A DNA stretch of 64,000 nucleotides from Octopus sinensis (lineage: Eukaryota), in the NCBI RefSeq assembly GCF_006345805.1, contig NC_042998.1, forward strand, positions 113,770,001 to 113,834,000, given 5' to 3'. A model generated the notes under the pieces. That model did no database searches. It saw only the letters and a list, made by a program, of their open reading frames with translations, and was not told the origin of the DNA. The position numbers and the translations under genes are program-made. Shown here one piece after another: positions 24,221 to 36,559 of the stretch (positions within the stretch are counted from its first letter, which is position 1; each line of letters opens with the position of its first letter).

Positions 24221-25320
24221 TTTAGTAGACGTCGCACAGTATACAATAACGTGATGTTGATTGAAGATATTGTGTCTACCGGGGGTTTGTACTCTTGGTC
24301 AAGTCACAACAAGGACCTCAGACAGTACTTTACGCGATATGCATGTTTTTTAAGTAATGCCGACTTTTGCAATAGACCTAGATTGTAGGATAAAATTTTC
24401 AGATGTTTTTTTCAGATTGGGTGGTATTGAATCCAGTACTCCGATGACAATAGAAATAAGCTTTATGTCTGACTCTTGCAGCTGCCACATCTTAGCAATC
24501 TCGATTCTCAGGTTTTCATATTTATCAACCTTTTCTCTTTCTTTCATGATGATATGTTGATCTCCTGGCACTGCCATGTCAATTATTAGGCATTCTTGCT
24601 TGTCCCTCCTAAAGGTGACTATATTCGGCCTTCAGTGCTCTAACAAATTCCCTGTCTGGAAGTCAAAGTCCCAGAAGACTTTTGCTTTCTCCTTTCCGTC
24701 AATTATCTTTTCCGATATATGTCGGTACCAAGCAGTGTTACCTCGTATCCATATTTCCGGTATAGTAGCCAGTGAAGGTTTTAGGCTACTTGTCGTGTCT
24801 GCGCTTGTGCTCATTCTGTGCAAGACTTTCACAAGCACTAACAAGGTGAGTCACGCTCTTCCCACACATTCTACAGAGGTTCGTTGCACTTGCTGAGTTG
24901 GTATTCAATGCCTGATCCTAAGCAGCGATGATTAGGCTTTCGGTATTCTCTTTTTAGGTCACCCTTGCTGAGCCACCTCCATGATGTTTCCTGGTCTCTT
25001 AAGTTGTTAGTTTCACGGTGGTACTCCATGCGGAGTAGGGTTTCTTCTCTCTCGTTGGCTGTTCGTGATCGGAATTCATGAACACTCTCAAGTTCATTTT
25101 TGTTGAATCCTTCGGTATTAGCAGCATACTGTAGCAGGTCTTGTTTGCTGTTTACCAAATATTATGCCATGTTTCTTCTTTCACTGTTGATGCACTCCCG
25201 TTGCAGCACATGTCCATCAAATCGACGCTATTCGACTTGATTCATGTCTGGTTTCATTCCAGATAGAATTTATGCTTGTATCAGTTTACTACCTGTAACC
25301 TTAAATATCCACAAGCTTTC
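24221..25320 (-). mobile_element. R4/Dong 3' fragment (subfamily C)
   Basis: KVFWDFDFQT; AVPGD..KEREKVDKYENLRIEIAKMW..IVIGVL. Distinct 3' UTR ending ..GTCTACTAAAATAATAAT. Confidence 0.9.
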
Positions 25321-25384
25321 AATAATTATTCAAGTGCTCAAAACCCTTCTGATAATCATTCTTGTTCGAAAACGGTAAACATCT

Positions 25385-25615
25385 TAGAGAAACTCTACAC
25401 GACATTCCATTCCAACCTCCTCTAACCATTTGTCTATGTCAGTACTCGCAGTCCTCAATGCACCAATTATTACGGGCACAACCTTTACAGTTTTCATATT
25501 TTAAATTCTAGCAATTTCAAACTTTAAGGGGATTGTATTTTAAAATTTTAAAATTTATCATCTTTCTTTACAATCCTGGAATCAAATGGACATGACGGAT
25601 CAATTAGTAAGTAGC
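25385..25615 (-). mobile_element. R4/Dong RLE fragment (subfamily D)
   Basis: IDPSCPFDSRIVKK..PVIIGALRTASTDIDKWLEEVGMECRVEFL. Confidence 0.8.
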
Positions 25616-25631
25616 TAATTATTATTATTAT

Positions 25632-26186
25632 TGAGTGAGAGAGCAGTGCATGCCATCAAAGTGACACTGGGGTAAAATATACGAAGCCCAATATACCCAT
25701 CATGACTACCCGTCTGATAAAGGTACACAAGGCACATGCATCACAACCATATGTGCGCGACATGGTGATCTCATATCAAGATAAACAGCACATGACCTTG
25801 CAGGTGGGGCCCAGTTAGAATTTTCTTCAGGTTGAGTATCCCATCCCGCTCAAAAGGTCCCTGAATAAGGGTTGTTTGAGGATGTTGAAAGAACCACCCA
25901 TGTTTCCAGAGGTGAATTATTCAAACCCCAAAGAATCCCTCTCAAGACATGGCTATGATGCTCCTCCACTACTTCTGCTCGTGATCGGAGATGCACATAT
26001 CGTCAGCCACTAAGGGACATGCTCAACTGGTTAAGGTCAAACAACTGACAAGCAAATCTGTGGTATTGAGCAGAATATTTGCTGTAGCCCATCTTTTATA
26101 CCAAGACAAAACAATGTACATGATAACACTTCCAATCAGTTAAGATCAGAAGCCATGAGAGCCACTGCCTGGTACTGCATCAGGGC

Positions 26187-26190
<4 letters not shown>
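25632..26190 (-). mobile_element. ~560-bp non-coding unit-length element, copy 2
   Basis: See copy 1; ends CTCTCTCACTCA(ATA)n. Confidence 0.9.
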
Positions 26191-26262
<72 letters not shown>

Positions 26263-26263
26263 G

Positions 26264-26315
<52 letters not shown>

Positions 26316-26340
26316 TGTTGTTGTTGTTGTTGTTGTCGTT
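26191..26340. repeat. (ATT)n/(GTT)n
   Basis: Direct reading. Confidence 0.95.
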
Positions 26341-26817
26341 ATCATTATTACGATTGTTATTTTTAGTATTGTTTATTGTTTTAGTATAGCATTGTCTTTG
26401 GTTTGTTGAATGCTTTTATTGGTACTATTATTGTAGTTGTTATTACTATTCTTACTATCATTATTGCTGTTGTTGTTGATTTAACAACCGCTCTCACCCC
26501 ACCCCACCCTATCGCCACCACCAATTCTAATTATCATTAGAAGAGTAATCACAGCGTCTGTTATCAGGATCCACTCCCACCACTCCCTCTCGCCCGTGCT
26601 TCTCCACCGCCCAAAGTTTTCAGTTTTAATATCATCCATCCATTCCACAACCAGCGTTGATTGGCTGAGTCCTTTTAATGAAGAGAAAGCTTTTGTTTTG
26701 GACACGCAAGGAGGACATGTATTTATCAATATGGACATGTAAATATATGAGCATGCGTATACATATTCATTCACATGCACATCCATACTCGCACAAACAC
26801 GCACACACACACGCACG

Positions 26818-26893
<76 letters not shown>

Positions 26894-27052
26894 AACACAC
26901 ATTTATATTTATATGTGCATGTATATACGTGTGTGTGTGTGTGTGTGTGTGTATGTTTCCTTGATGTTTATTTATGAATATTATAGATTTGATTGCTTTT
27001 GTAAATGTTTGTATGCATATAAATACGTATTAATATATATTTGTGTATATGC

Positions 27053-27092
<40 letters not shown>

Positions 27093-27218
27093 GCGTGCAC
27101 ACACATATACATATACACATATATGGATATATACATATATGCGTATATATATATATATTTACATAGGCATATGTATATATGTATATATGTGTATACATAT
27201 GTACACACACACACACAC

Positions 27219-27249
<31 letters not shown>

Positions 27250-27479
27250 TACACTCGCAAAGAAACTGAGAGAGAGAGAAAATGAATGAGAGAGCGAGAG
27301 GGAGGAGAGAGAAGGAAAGAGAGAGGTATATTTCAATTGTTAATGTCTATTTTATAAAACACCTGATTAAGCCATTTCTTCAGCTACAACAATAATATAA
27401 ACAAGTGTCGAACACTTTCTGGTTTATATTATCTCACATTACAATTGACAGTGAAAGCGCGTGGTGATTATAGAGAGGA

Positions 27480-27825
27480 CGGTCGTGATAATGACGATGT
27501 TGATTATGATGGTGATGATGATGATGATGAAAGTGGGGATGCTGCTGATGATAATGGTGATGTTGATAATGGTGATGGTTGTTATGGTGATGATGGTGAT
27601 GATTATGAAAATGATAGTTATTGCGGTGATGGTGTTGGCAGCGCGGGTGTATGGTGGTTGTAGAGAAGATGATGTGGGCGATGGCGATGATGATAATTAT
27701 GATGGTGTCGATAACGGTAAGGGTGGCGACGCTGACGACAGTGATGTTATCGGTAACAAAAAACAATGATGATGATGGTCACAACAATAATGATGATGAT
27801 GATAATTATGATGATGATGATAATT

Positions 27826-27857
<32 letters not shown>

Positions 27858-27916
27858 AATAATAATAATAAAATAATATTAATAATAATAATATAATAAT
27901 AATAATAATAATAATA

Positions 27917-27959
<43 letters not shown>

Positions 27960-28099
27960 GGCTTCAAATTTTACCACAAGGGCAGCAATTTTGGGGGAGG
28001 TGATGAGTCGATTACATCGACCCCAGTGTTCAACTGGTACTTGTTTTATCGACCCCGAAAGGATGAAAGGCAAAGTTGACCTCGGTGGAATTTGAACTC

Positions 28100-28146
<47 letters not shown>

Positions 28147-28340
28147 GTAATAATAGGGATGACGACGATCAAAATATTAGTGATAATGATGATAATGATA
28201 ACACTACTGATTAGGATTGTAAGGATACTGATGATGATGATAGTGGTGATGACGATGGTGATGATGATGATGACGACGACGGCTACGATAATGATTGTGA
28301 TAGAAAATATTGATGATGTCGATGCTGGTGATGATAATGG
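27480..28340. repeat. (GAT)n/(AAT)n low-complexity tract
   Basis: Direct reading. Confidence 0.9.
27958..28100 (-). mobile_element. 5'-truncated type-M SINE inside (AAT)n
   Basis: gtcgattacatcgaccccagtgttcaactggtacttgttttatcgaccccgaaaggatgaaaggcaaag. Confidence 0.88.
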
Positions 28341-28479
28341 CAGGTTACAATAGTTTATGGCGCCAGTTGGTGATGCTGGTGGTGAAGTATGGTAGAGTAA
28401 TGGTAACAGTGTTATAAGGGGAGGCGTTGTCTTGTGGTAGGAGTAGAATTAGCAGTGGTGGTGAAAACAGCTGTCGTTG

Positions 28480-28670
28480 TTATTGTTGTTTAGCCCAAGG
28501 CATCTCTAACGGAGCCGATAAAAGATCAATAGTATTTCCAAATTGAACCATCCCGCCATATTCGTTAAGTATAGTACATCTAATAGGACTGCATTATTCA
28601 ATGCGTTCTTCTTTTTTAATACAGTAGGGAATGATTTGAGGGAGATTCGGTTACTATTTCTTGCAGGCTT
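28480..28670 (-). mobile_element. Type-N SINE-like repeat fragment
   Basis: ttgttgtttagcccaagg..atttgagggagattcggttactatttcttgcagg. Confidence 0.6.
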
Positions 28671-29581
28671 CGTTGTTGTGTTGACGCTAGTAGTGATGAT
28701 AATGAGATAATATCGATGATGGCGGTGAGGATGGTGAGGATGGTAATACTTATGGTCTACGCTGGCGTTAGAGATCAAGGTGGCATTGGCTTATGGTGAT
28801 ATTTATGTTGGTAGTGACGGTGAAGGAGTCGATAAAGCTGCTAAATGTAGTATTGAAGGGTTGTGGGTATGATGGAGCTAACGAATATGCTGGTGGTGTT
28901 GGTAGTGGTAGTTTTGGTGGTGGTGGCCACCATAACAGAAACGGTGTAGGTGGTGTAACTATACAATAGAAAAGCCTTAATCATCACTTTAGACGTCAGA
29001 ATCGATAATAAAAGCACTCATCGCTATTTCACACTAATTGCAATCGATGATAATAATTTATTTCGTTAATTAAGTCATTCACTAATTCTACTAATTACCA
29101 CATGACTTAATTAAATGGAATTCTTTTTATTTTTATTTTCTTGAGAATATTTTTATTCAATAATTTTTGGAAAGGAATATTTTTTGTTGAGTATTTGTAT
29201 ATTATTATCATTATTAAATATTATCATCATCATTCTCTTTCTGATTATAAATTATTATTATCATTATTATTATTTATTAAATAAATAAAATGTTATTATT
29301 GTTAATGTTGCTATTGTTATCATTACTATTGCTGTTGTTGTTGTTGTTAGTGTTATTGCTGTTGCTATTACTAATTTTCATTCCGAAATAACAATTGTGT
29401 CATTGTTTACTAAAAATAGACCCCGAACATTTGTGAGATTGTTACAATAACTTCACTTCAAACTTCTCGTTTTCTCTCCAGTTTCATCACCGTATCACCA
29501 CACAAACCAAGTATTTACCATGTGTTTATAATAAACTATGTCTTTTGTCCATTTAGTCGCTCACTAATACAACTTCTTCTT

Positions 29582-29755
29582 CATTATTTACATTATTTAC
29601 AATTGATGATATTTGTCCTCATCATGTTTGTTCTTAACACAACGTTTCGGCGGCTGATATACACTCCAGCCTTCATCAGGTGTCTTGGGGTTCTCATTCC
29701 AAAGGTATTTTCCGATGTTATTATTATTATTATTATTATATTATTATTATTATTA
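29582..29755 (-). mobile_element. 3' terminal (pseudo-LTR) fragment of a Penelope-like element
   Basis: Shares AATAACATCG.AAAATACCTT.GGAATG.GAACCC..CAAGACACCTGAT with the 3' region of the PLE at 39698-39760. Confidence 0.8.
29636..29684 (-). ncRNA. Minimal type-I hammerhead ribozyme (dimer type)
   Basis: GACAC-CUGAUGA-A-GGCUG..CAGCC-gcc-GAAA-CGU-U-GUGUU. Intact core, palindromic ACGU stem III, 5-bp stem I; a 3-nt duplication precedes GAAA. Confidence 0.75.
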
Positions 29756-29933
29756 CATTGAGATCCTAGAGCTACGGATTATCGTTCTTCTCAGGCTGCA
29801 TAAGACTCACATATCTGACTCCAGGCGTTCTTGCTTATGTTGTACACTCCTCCGCTCCTACATATCACACTTTTTACCGCCTAGATCCTGCACTTCAAAC
29901 ATTAGATTCGAAATATCATATATTTCAGACCCA

Positions 29934-29973
<40 letters not shown>

Positions 29974-30002
29974 TTACACACACACACACACGCACATATT
30001 TC

Positions 30003-30164
30003 ATAGGCGCAGGCATGGTTGTGTAGTGAGAAGCTTGCTTCCTAACTACATGGTTCCGGGTTCAGTTCCACTGCATGACATCTTTGGGAAAGCATGAAGC
30101 CGGCCAAAAGCCTAAGAGTGGATTTGGTTGACGGAAACTGGAAGAAGCCCGTCGTATATATATA

Positions 30165-30196
<32 letters not shown>

Positions 30197-30380
30197 TTGT
30201 GGGTGAGTGTGTGTGTTTGTCTTCCATCCCCATCGACTGACAACCGATGTGCGTGTATGTCCCCTTAACTTAGCGGTTCGGCATAAGAGCCCGATAGAAT
30301 AAATACTAGGTTTACAGCGAATAAGTCCCTGGGGTTGATTTCTTCGACTAATAGCCTTTAAGGCGGTGCTCCAGCATGGC
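30003..30380 (+). mobile_element. CORE-like SINE (type C), near full length
   Basis: ggcgcaggcatggttgtgtagtgagaagc..gggttcagttccactgc head, internal (TA)n, family 3' half. Confidence 0.88.
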
Positions 30381-30781
30381 CGTATATATATATACACATA
30401 TGCATATACAGATACACCTGTATGTGTATATCTATCTATATACGTACGTGCGTAGTTGTTAGTTGTAATAGTGAAGTCAAACAAAATAGTGATAATCTGA
30501 TCGTTTGAGCTAAAATTACGGATGTAGTGTTTCTATGTCACCATCTCTCATATCGAGGAAGACATACAATAGAATAACAAGGCATATGCCCCTACCACCT
30601 TCTTGCCTCATTAGGCACTGATAATACTTCTATGAATGACGAAACCAAGCAGGCGACAAGAGTATTACGATTACACTTACTTATCCTAGAAGTCGTCTTA
30701 ACAGAATCACAGGAACTCAGGCAAAGCAGTGCACTGTGGTCCTTTCATGAATTTATTGACAGCAAAGTCACAACATACGTA

Positions 30782-30985
30782 CGAGAGGGTGCTGAAAAGT
30801 TCCTGGCTTTGAGGGTGTCGTGAAAGGCCTGGTTGGAGGCCCAACCTTCAGAGTTCTCTTACAGGACTAAGACAAACTGAAAGACCGCTGCAATAAGTGT
30901 GTGAATCTGAGAGAGGAATATGCTGAATAAAATCATAATTAAGCTATCTTTTACTCAAAGCCAGGAACCTTTCATCACCACCTCG
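30782..30985 (+). mobile_element. Mariner-derived MITE
   Basis: TA|CGAGAGGGTGCTGAAAAGTTCCTGGCTTT ... AAAGCCAGGAACCTTTCATCACCACCTCG TIRs. Internal KDRCNKCVNLREEYAE* (30880-30930) resembles a mariner transposase C-terminus. Confidence 0.85.
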
Positions 30986-31459
30986 GGATTATGTATCACA
31001 ACATTGAGCCCTGTTGGTCAACTGCCCAGTGTGCCCACGTTTTATGATGGCATTTACTATAAAAATATTTGCTATGTACTACGGAGGTATTTCCTTATTG
31101 CGGATATGCGACTTGATTAAAATGATGAAAGGTGCACGGTTTTGTTATGATTCTAAGAAGCCCGAATTTCGACTTACGATTGAAATATATACCTACACAT
31201 TGAATGTTGTTGTCACAAAAAGCTTATACAACACATGCATGATTTCACAGGAAATAATGCAAAAACAAAATAAGAAATGATATGAAAAATGTAAAAACAA
31301 TATAAAATTGTAAAAATAAAATAAAAATGTAAAAACATTTTTATGAAGCGCAATTTGAACGTTCTCTTAGAGGGCTAGGGTGCCAAAATTCTGAGTGTGT
31401 CAATGTTCCTGGACAAAATGAAAACAATTTAAGATCAATGTATTCGAAATATGCAGAAT

Positions 31460-32300
31460 TCATCTTTTATTTGTTTAGTCATAATAATGTGGCTATACTG
31501 GAGCATCACCTTGAATAATTTTTAGTCTAATGAATCAACACCAAGACTTTTTTTTCTTTTTTAAAAAGTCTAGTTCATATTCTATCTTCCATTTTTGCCG
31601 AATCACTAAGTCACGGGTTGTCAAACGGTACTGGGGGACAAACACAACCACAAAACATAACGGGCTTCTTCGGCTTGTGTTCGCTAAATCTACTCATAAG
31701 GCTTTGGTCGGTCCGAAGCTATAGTAGAAGACACTTTGCCCAAGGTGCCACACAGTGGGACTGAACCCAAAACAACGTGGATGGGATGCAAGCTTCTTAC
31801 CACACAGCTACACCGGCGTATGGGGTTATATTTTAAATAACCCAAGAAAGGCTGATAGCTGTTCCTGCATGCATGCATACGTACATAAATTCAATTATAT
31901 CTACGTATTCTTTTGTACTTTTATTTGTTTCAGTCATTTGAAGCGGCCATGGTGGAGCATCACCTTTAGTCGAAGAAATCGATCTCAGGACTTATACCCT
32001 GTAAGCCTAGTACTTATTCTTTCTCTCTCTTATGTCGAACCAAGATCGGTTGTAAGCGATGGTGGGGGGACAAATACAGACACACAAATATATATATATT
32101 CTTTTATTCTTTTACTTGTTTCAGTCAGTCGACTGCGGCCATGCTGGAGCACGGCCTTTAGTCGAGCAACTCGACCCCGGGACTTATTCTTTGTAAGCCC
32201 AGTACTTATTCTATCGGTCTCTTTTGCCGAACCGCTAAGTGACGGGGACATAAACACACCAGCATCGGTTGTCAAGCAATGCTAGGGGGACAAACACAGA
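31460..32300 (-). mobile_element. Type-C SINE (31460-31820) plus two more 3' halves (31910-32085, 32100-32300)
   Basis: Three co-oriented copies of ttcagtca..gcggccatg.tggagca..ttagtcga. Confidence 0.85.
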
Positions 32301-32661
32301 CAATATATATATATATAATTATATTAAGGGAGAAAGTCGAAACATGACTTTTCTCTATACTGAATGAATGTCTAAACATTACGAAGCAACCGAGAAAAAC
32401 TCCACAAATACATGCGATTGAAAGCAGACTAGTGAAAATATAATTAAAAAAGACTCCACATTAAATGCGAATTAGCTAATTTCAAGATTAAAATCTTAAA
32501 TAGATTTTTCCCCTATCACCAGCGCAATGCATGTAAAAATATACGAACAAGTGTGAGTATATGCCCATAACAAAGCGAGTTTGCGCGTCTATACACAAAC
32601 ACTTGCAAGTATAGATTCGAAAAAGTCATACTTAAATCTTCTCATGACGGCCTATGTAATG

Positions 32662-32713
<52 letters not shown>

Positions 32714-32716
32714 ATA

Positions 32717-32802
<86 letters not shown>

Positions 32803-32803
32803 G

Positions 32804-32834
<31 letters not shown>

Positions 32835-32994
32835 CTATCTATCTATCTATCTATCTATATCTATATATATAGATATATATATCTACATATCTATCTATAT
32901 ACATATATATGTATATGTATTTTTAGGCATAAATATATTTATACATGAGAAATTATGATAAACTCAAGATGCAGATTATATCATTTTGCTCTCT

Positions 32995-33183
32995 ACGTAC
33001 GTTTCACCATTGTGGTTATTTGCATCCTCTACAGGGAATGCTTCATGTGTAATTGGATGTATTAGATCTTTGAAGCATAATGCAATTAAGTGTTCCCTGA
33101 TGAGCTGTTTTGGATCAACATCCAATTGCACTTGGAGCATCTACTGCAGAGGCTGTAAATAACCACGATGGAGAAACGTACGT
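32995..33183. repeat. Long imperfect inverted repeat (old MITE or hairpin)
   Basis: Arms 32995-33068 and 33113-33183; ACGTACGTTTC..GAAACGTACGT ends; I count about 11 mismatches in 66 paired positions. Confidence 0.9.
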
Positions 33184-33494
33184 CAGGGAAAATCGATATA
33201 AAATTGTATATTATTTTTTCTCTTACATATGTACTTTGTATCAAAATCGGTAATACTGCTAAGTACAATAGTAACCACACTACGCAACTATACTGGAAGC
33301 AGACTGGATGATAATAGTCAACGTGGAGCTCTAAACTCGTATGTAGCAGTTGTACATCTTACTATACACACGAAATATACCTATATATAAACGTACATAG
33401 ATATATATGTGTGCATGTATGCGTGCGTGCGTGTGGGTATCTTTAATTCCACATAAACTCACAGACATAAGCATAAGAATACATATGCATTATC

Positions 33495-33692
33495 TTTCAC
33501 TTGCTTCAGTCATTAGATTGCGGTCATGCTGGGGCACCGCCTTGAAGAATTTTTTAGTCGAATGAATCAACCCTAGTACCTATTTGTTTTCTTTTAAGCT
33601 TCATACTTATTCTAACGGTCTCTTTTGAGACATAAATACACCTACACCGATTGTCAAACTATGGTGGCAGATACATACAGACACACACAGAG

Positions 33693-33770
<78 letters not shown>

Positions 33771-34160
33771 GTCGCCGTGATAGATCGGTAGCCATTACAC
33801 ACATTTTTTTCTCTCCTTGTTTCTCTCCTTGTTCCTTTCTGTGTTCCTTTCTGTGGAAGAGCGTAGGCTCGAAACGCAAAAGACTTTTTCAATTCCCGAG
33901 CGTTATACTAATACATCTGTTTGTTTTCTACCCACATGTTTTCGTCTTGTGTTTTATCGTGAATTCCCTATATATATATATATTATATATATATTATATA
34001 TATTATATATACGACGGTATTCTTACCAAATCCACTCACAAGGCTTTGGTCAGTCCGAGGCTATAGTAGAAGACACTTGCCCGATGGGTACCAAGCAGTA
34101 GGACTGAACCTGATACCATTTGGTTGGGAAGCAAGATACTTACCACGCAGCCACGCCTGT
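33495..34160 (-). mobile_element. Type-C SINE split by an insertion in its internal (TA)n
   Basis: 3' half at 33495-33690, 5' half at 34012-34160. Confidence 0.8.
33771..33968 (+). mobile_element. Short hammerhead-bearing element, family H2
   Basis: CTTT-CTGTGGA-A-GAGC-GTAG-GCTC-GAAA-CGC-A-AAAG (33847-33882, degenerate). Homologous to 43872-44008; flanked by (TA)n. Confidence 0.75.
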
Positions 34161-34994
34161 AGCTACATAAACATAGTATACTATTTTAAGCTTTAATTTT
34201 TTGTCTTTATTATTCCAAAACTATTCGTTTATGTTACAAATAGAATAAAATATGACATGAATGAAAAACAAGGAGCATAAAAGAAAGAAGGAAAAGGAGT
34301 AGAAAATAAAGGACAGAGAAAAGGAGAAAATATGTTAAGCCCAATTTACCTAGTTAAACCATAAATTTGAATTGGGTGCGTGTTTATGTATTTTGGTTTG
34401 ACGGAAAAGCTTAAGCCGTTGTTTGTCGATTGCTTATGTTTTCGTCTTAAGTATACTTACTTATCTGCTTCTCATTATAGGTATTGTTTATGTACTTAAT
34501 ATATAAATAAAGGGATATCTATGTTACTTTGTGCTTATAAGTGTGTGGTGGTGGTGCGTCATAGTAGAACTGTGATGTGGTGGTGGTGGGGATATGGTGC
34601 AGGGCAGTTGGGTAGTGAAGTGGTGTGATGTGGTGAGGTGTAGCGTTGTATGGTGGGATATATATAGTATGTTGTGCAGCTTCTGTTTCACTAATCCCTT
34701 TTGTTTTGAACCGGTGAGCCGGGGGATGAATGGTAACGATGTTAACGACCTGATGACGATGAAAATGATGATGATGATGATGATATCCAGGATGGCGTTG
34801 ATGATGTGATGTGATGTTGATGATGATGACGACGATCAAGATGAGGATGAGAGGGGGAATGGTAATGATCAGTATGGCCGTGATGATGATTATGATAATT
34901 TATTAATATAAATTATATATATTTATTGATATAAAGCAACACGAGGAAGGCAAAACACAAATGAATGAATGGTAAGACAATAGCAATTAGGAAA

Positions 34995-35090
34995 AGATTA
35001 GTAGTAGTAGTAGTAGTAGTAAGAAGAAGAAGAAAAAGAGAAGAAGAAGAAGAAGAAGAAGAAGAAGAAGAGAAGAAGAAGAAGAAGAAG

Positions 35091-35121
<31 letters not shown>

Positions 35122-35140
35122 TGTTGAATCAGTGAGCGAC
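34995..35140. repeat. (TAG)n then (GAA)n
   Basis: Direct reading. Confidence 0.95.
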
Positions 35141-35273
35141 TAAGGAAAAGAGGATCTGCAGTTAATCGGTTGTCAGTTTTGGAAGATATCCCCTTTCGTT
35201 TGTGAGACAGGTGCAACAGCTAAAGGGAGACTGAAAGAGAATGACGATAATCCGTAGCTCTAGGGTCTCAATG

Positions 35274-35333
<60 letters not shown>

Positions 35334-36559
35334 TATAATAATAATAATAATAATAGCGACAACAACAATAATAATGATAATAATCTTTCATTATTTGTTC
35401 CATTCTTTCGCGTATCTAAAGATACTTGAACCCACGTCGATATAAACCTCTTAACTAGCTGAACCGTTTATACATCTCTTATTCCGGCGCTCTTTCGCTA
35501 TCACGAAAGAAAAACAAATAAAAGGCAAAGTATAAAAGAACAGGGCAGAACAAAAGGTAATTAATAATGATAATAATAATAGTGACGATAATAAAATCGA
35601 AGCCTATCCCGCACCGACTTGCCGTTAATTAGAAAGATTGGATTAAAAAAGAAGTCAACTGATTAAGGCTATTCTTTTGTTTAAGCTAACACGTGTCCCA
35701 TAACCTATATATTTGCATGAAGACCTTTTTTTCTGCGGCTTATGTCCCTCTTTCTCAATCTCCTCTTAATTTCTTAATTTCTATTTGTCACTAAGTTTAA
35801 TTTTTCTCTGAATCTCTGCCATCCCCCCTCTCTCTATTTATCTTTCTGTCTTCGTCTCTTGCTCGTTTTCTTATTTGAATTTGTTGCTGCCCCCACCTGT
35901 TTTTCTCCTTCCATCCCACCTCTGCCTCACTCTTTGCCTTTCTCCTTTATATGACAGATTGCTATATTGGTTTCGAATACAGGTTAAAAGGTTATTGTAA
36001 TTATAGTGAAGAACAGTAATAATAGAAAGAAGGATTATGTAAATATTTAGAGTACATTTCGGACACCTGTAGCTCTGAGACTAGAGTTTACAACAAAAGC
36101 ACTCAGGTGCACAGGCAGTGAAATACTTTATGAATATAAGATGTAAATTATGATTCTATTCTAAAGTTTAAACTAAATTTTTAATTATTATATGAAAAGA
36201 GTTTGGTTGGGTGGTGTTATTCGATTACAGTGTGTGGTGGGACTTCATTTATGCCTTACACACACCGGATGATAAAACTAGCAATGTTAACTAGAGAAAG
36301 ATTTTGGACCTTTCATTTAGGTTAAATAAATGGATCTCGACTGTGATCCATTTCCGACTAAGAGTTTTCAGTTGTTTGATTATCTAAACTACTAAGCTCA
36401 TTGAATTAGTATATAAGTGACTGTGTTCAACAGACACGTATATCCTTAATGTTATTCGAAAGGGAAACATGGTGTAACAAGATTGGATAAATTAATTCGG
36501 CCATCCAGATGTCATCTATGCAGTTTCCATCAATCCAATATCATTCACAAGTTATAGGC

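Noticed and set aside
25850-26190. HDV-like ribozyme at the 5' end of the 560-bp element (GCCCTGA with distant TCAGGGA)
   Set aside because: No P3/L3 motif, CC instead of GG after the putative P1, and the TCAGGG pairs locally with CCCT
30615-30650. CTGATAA..GACGAAAC hammerhead-like string
   Set aside because: Core mismatch and no convincing stems
33093-33190. Hammerhead-like CTGATGAG ... GAAACGTACGTC
   Set aside because: GAAAC is part of the inverted-repeat arm, stem II is not closed by G-C, and stem I has a mismatch at the cleavage site
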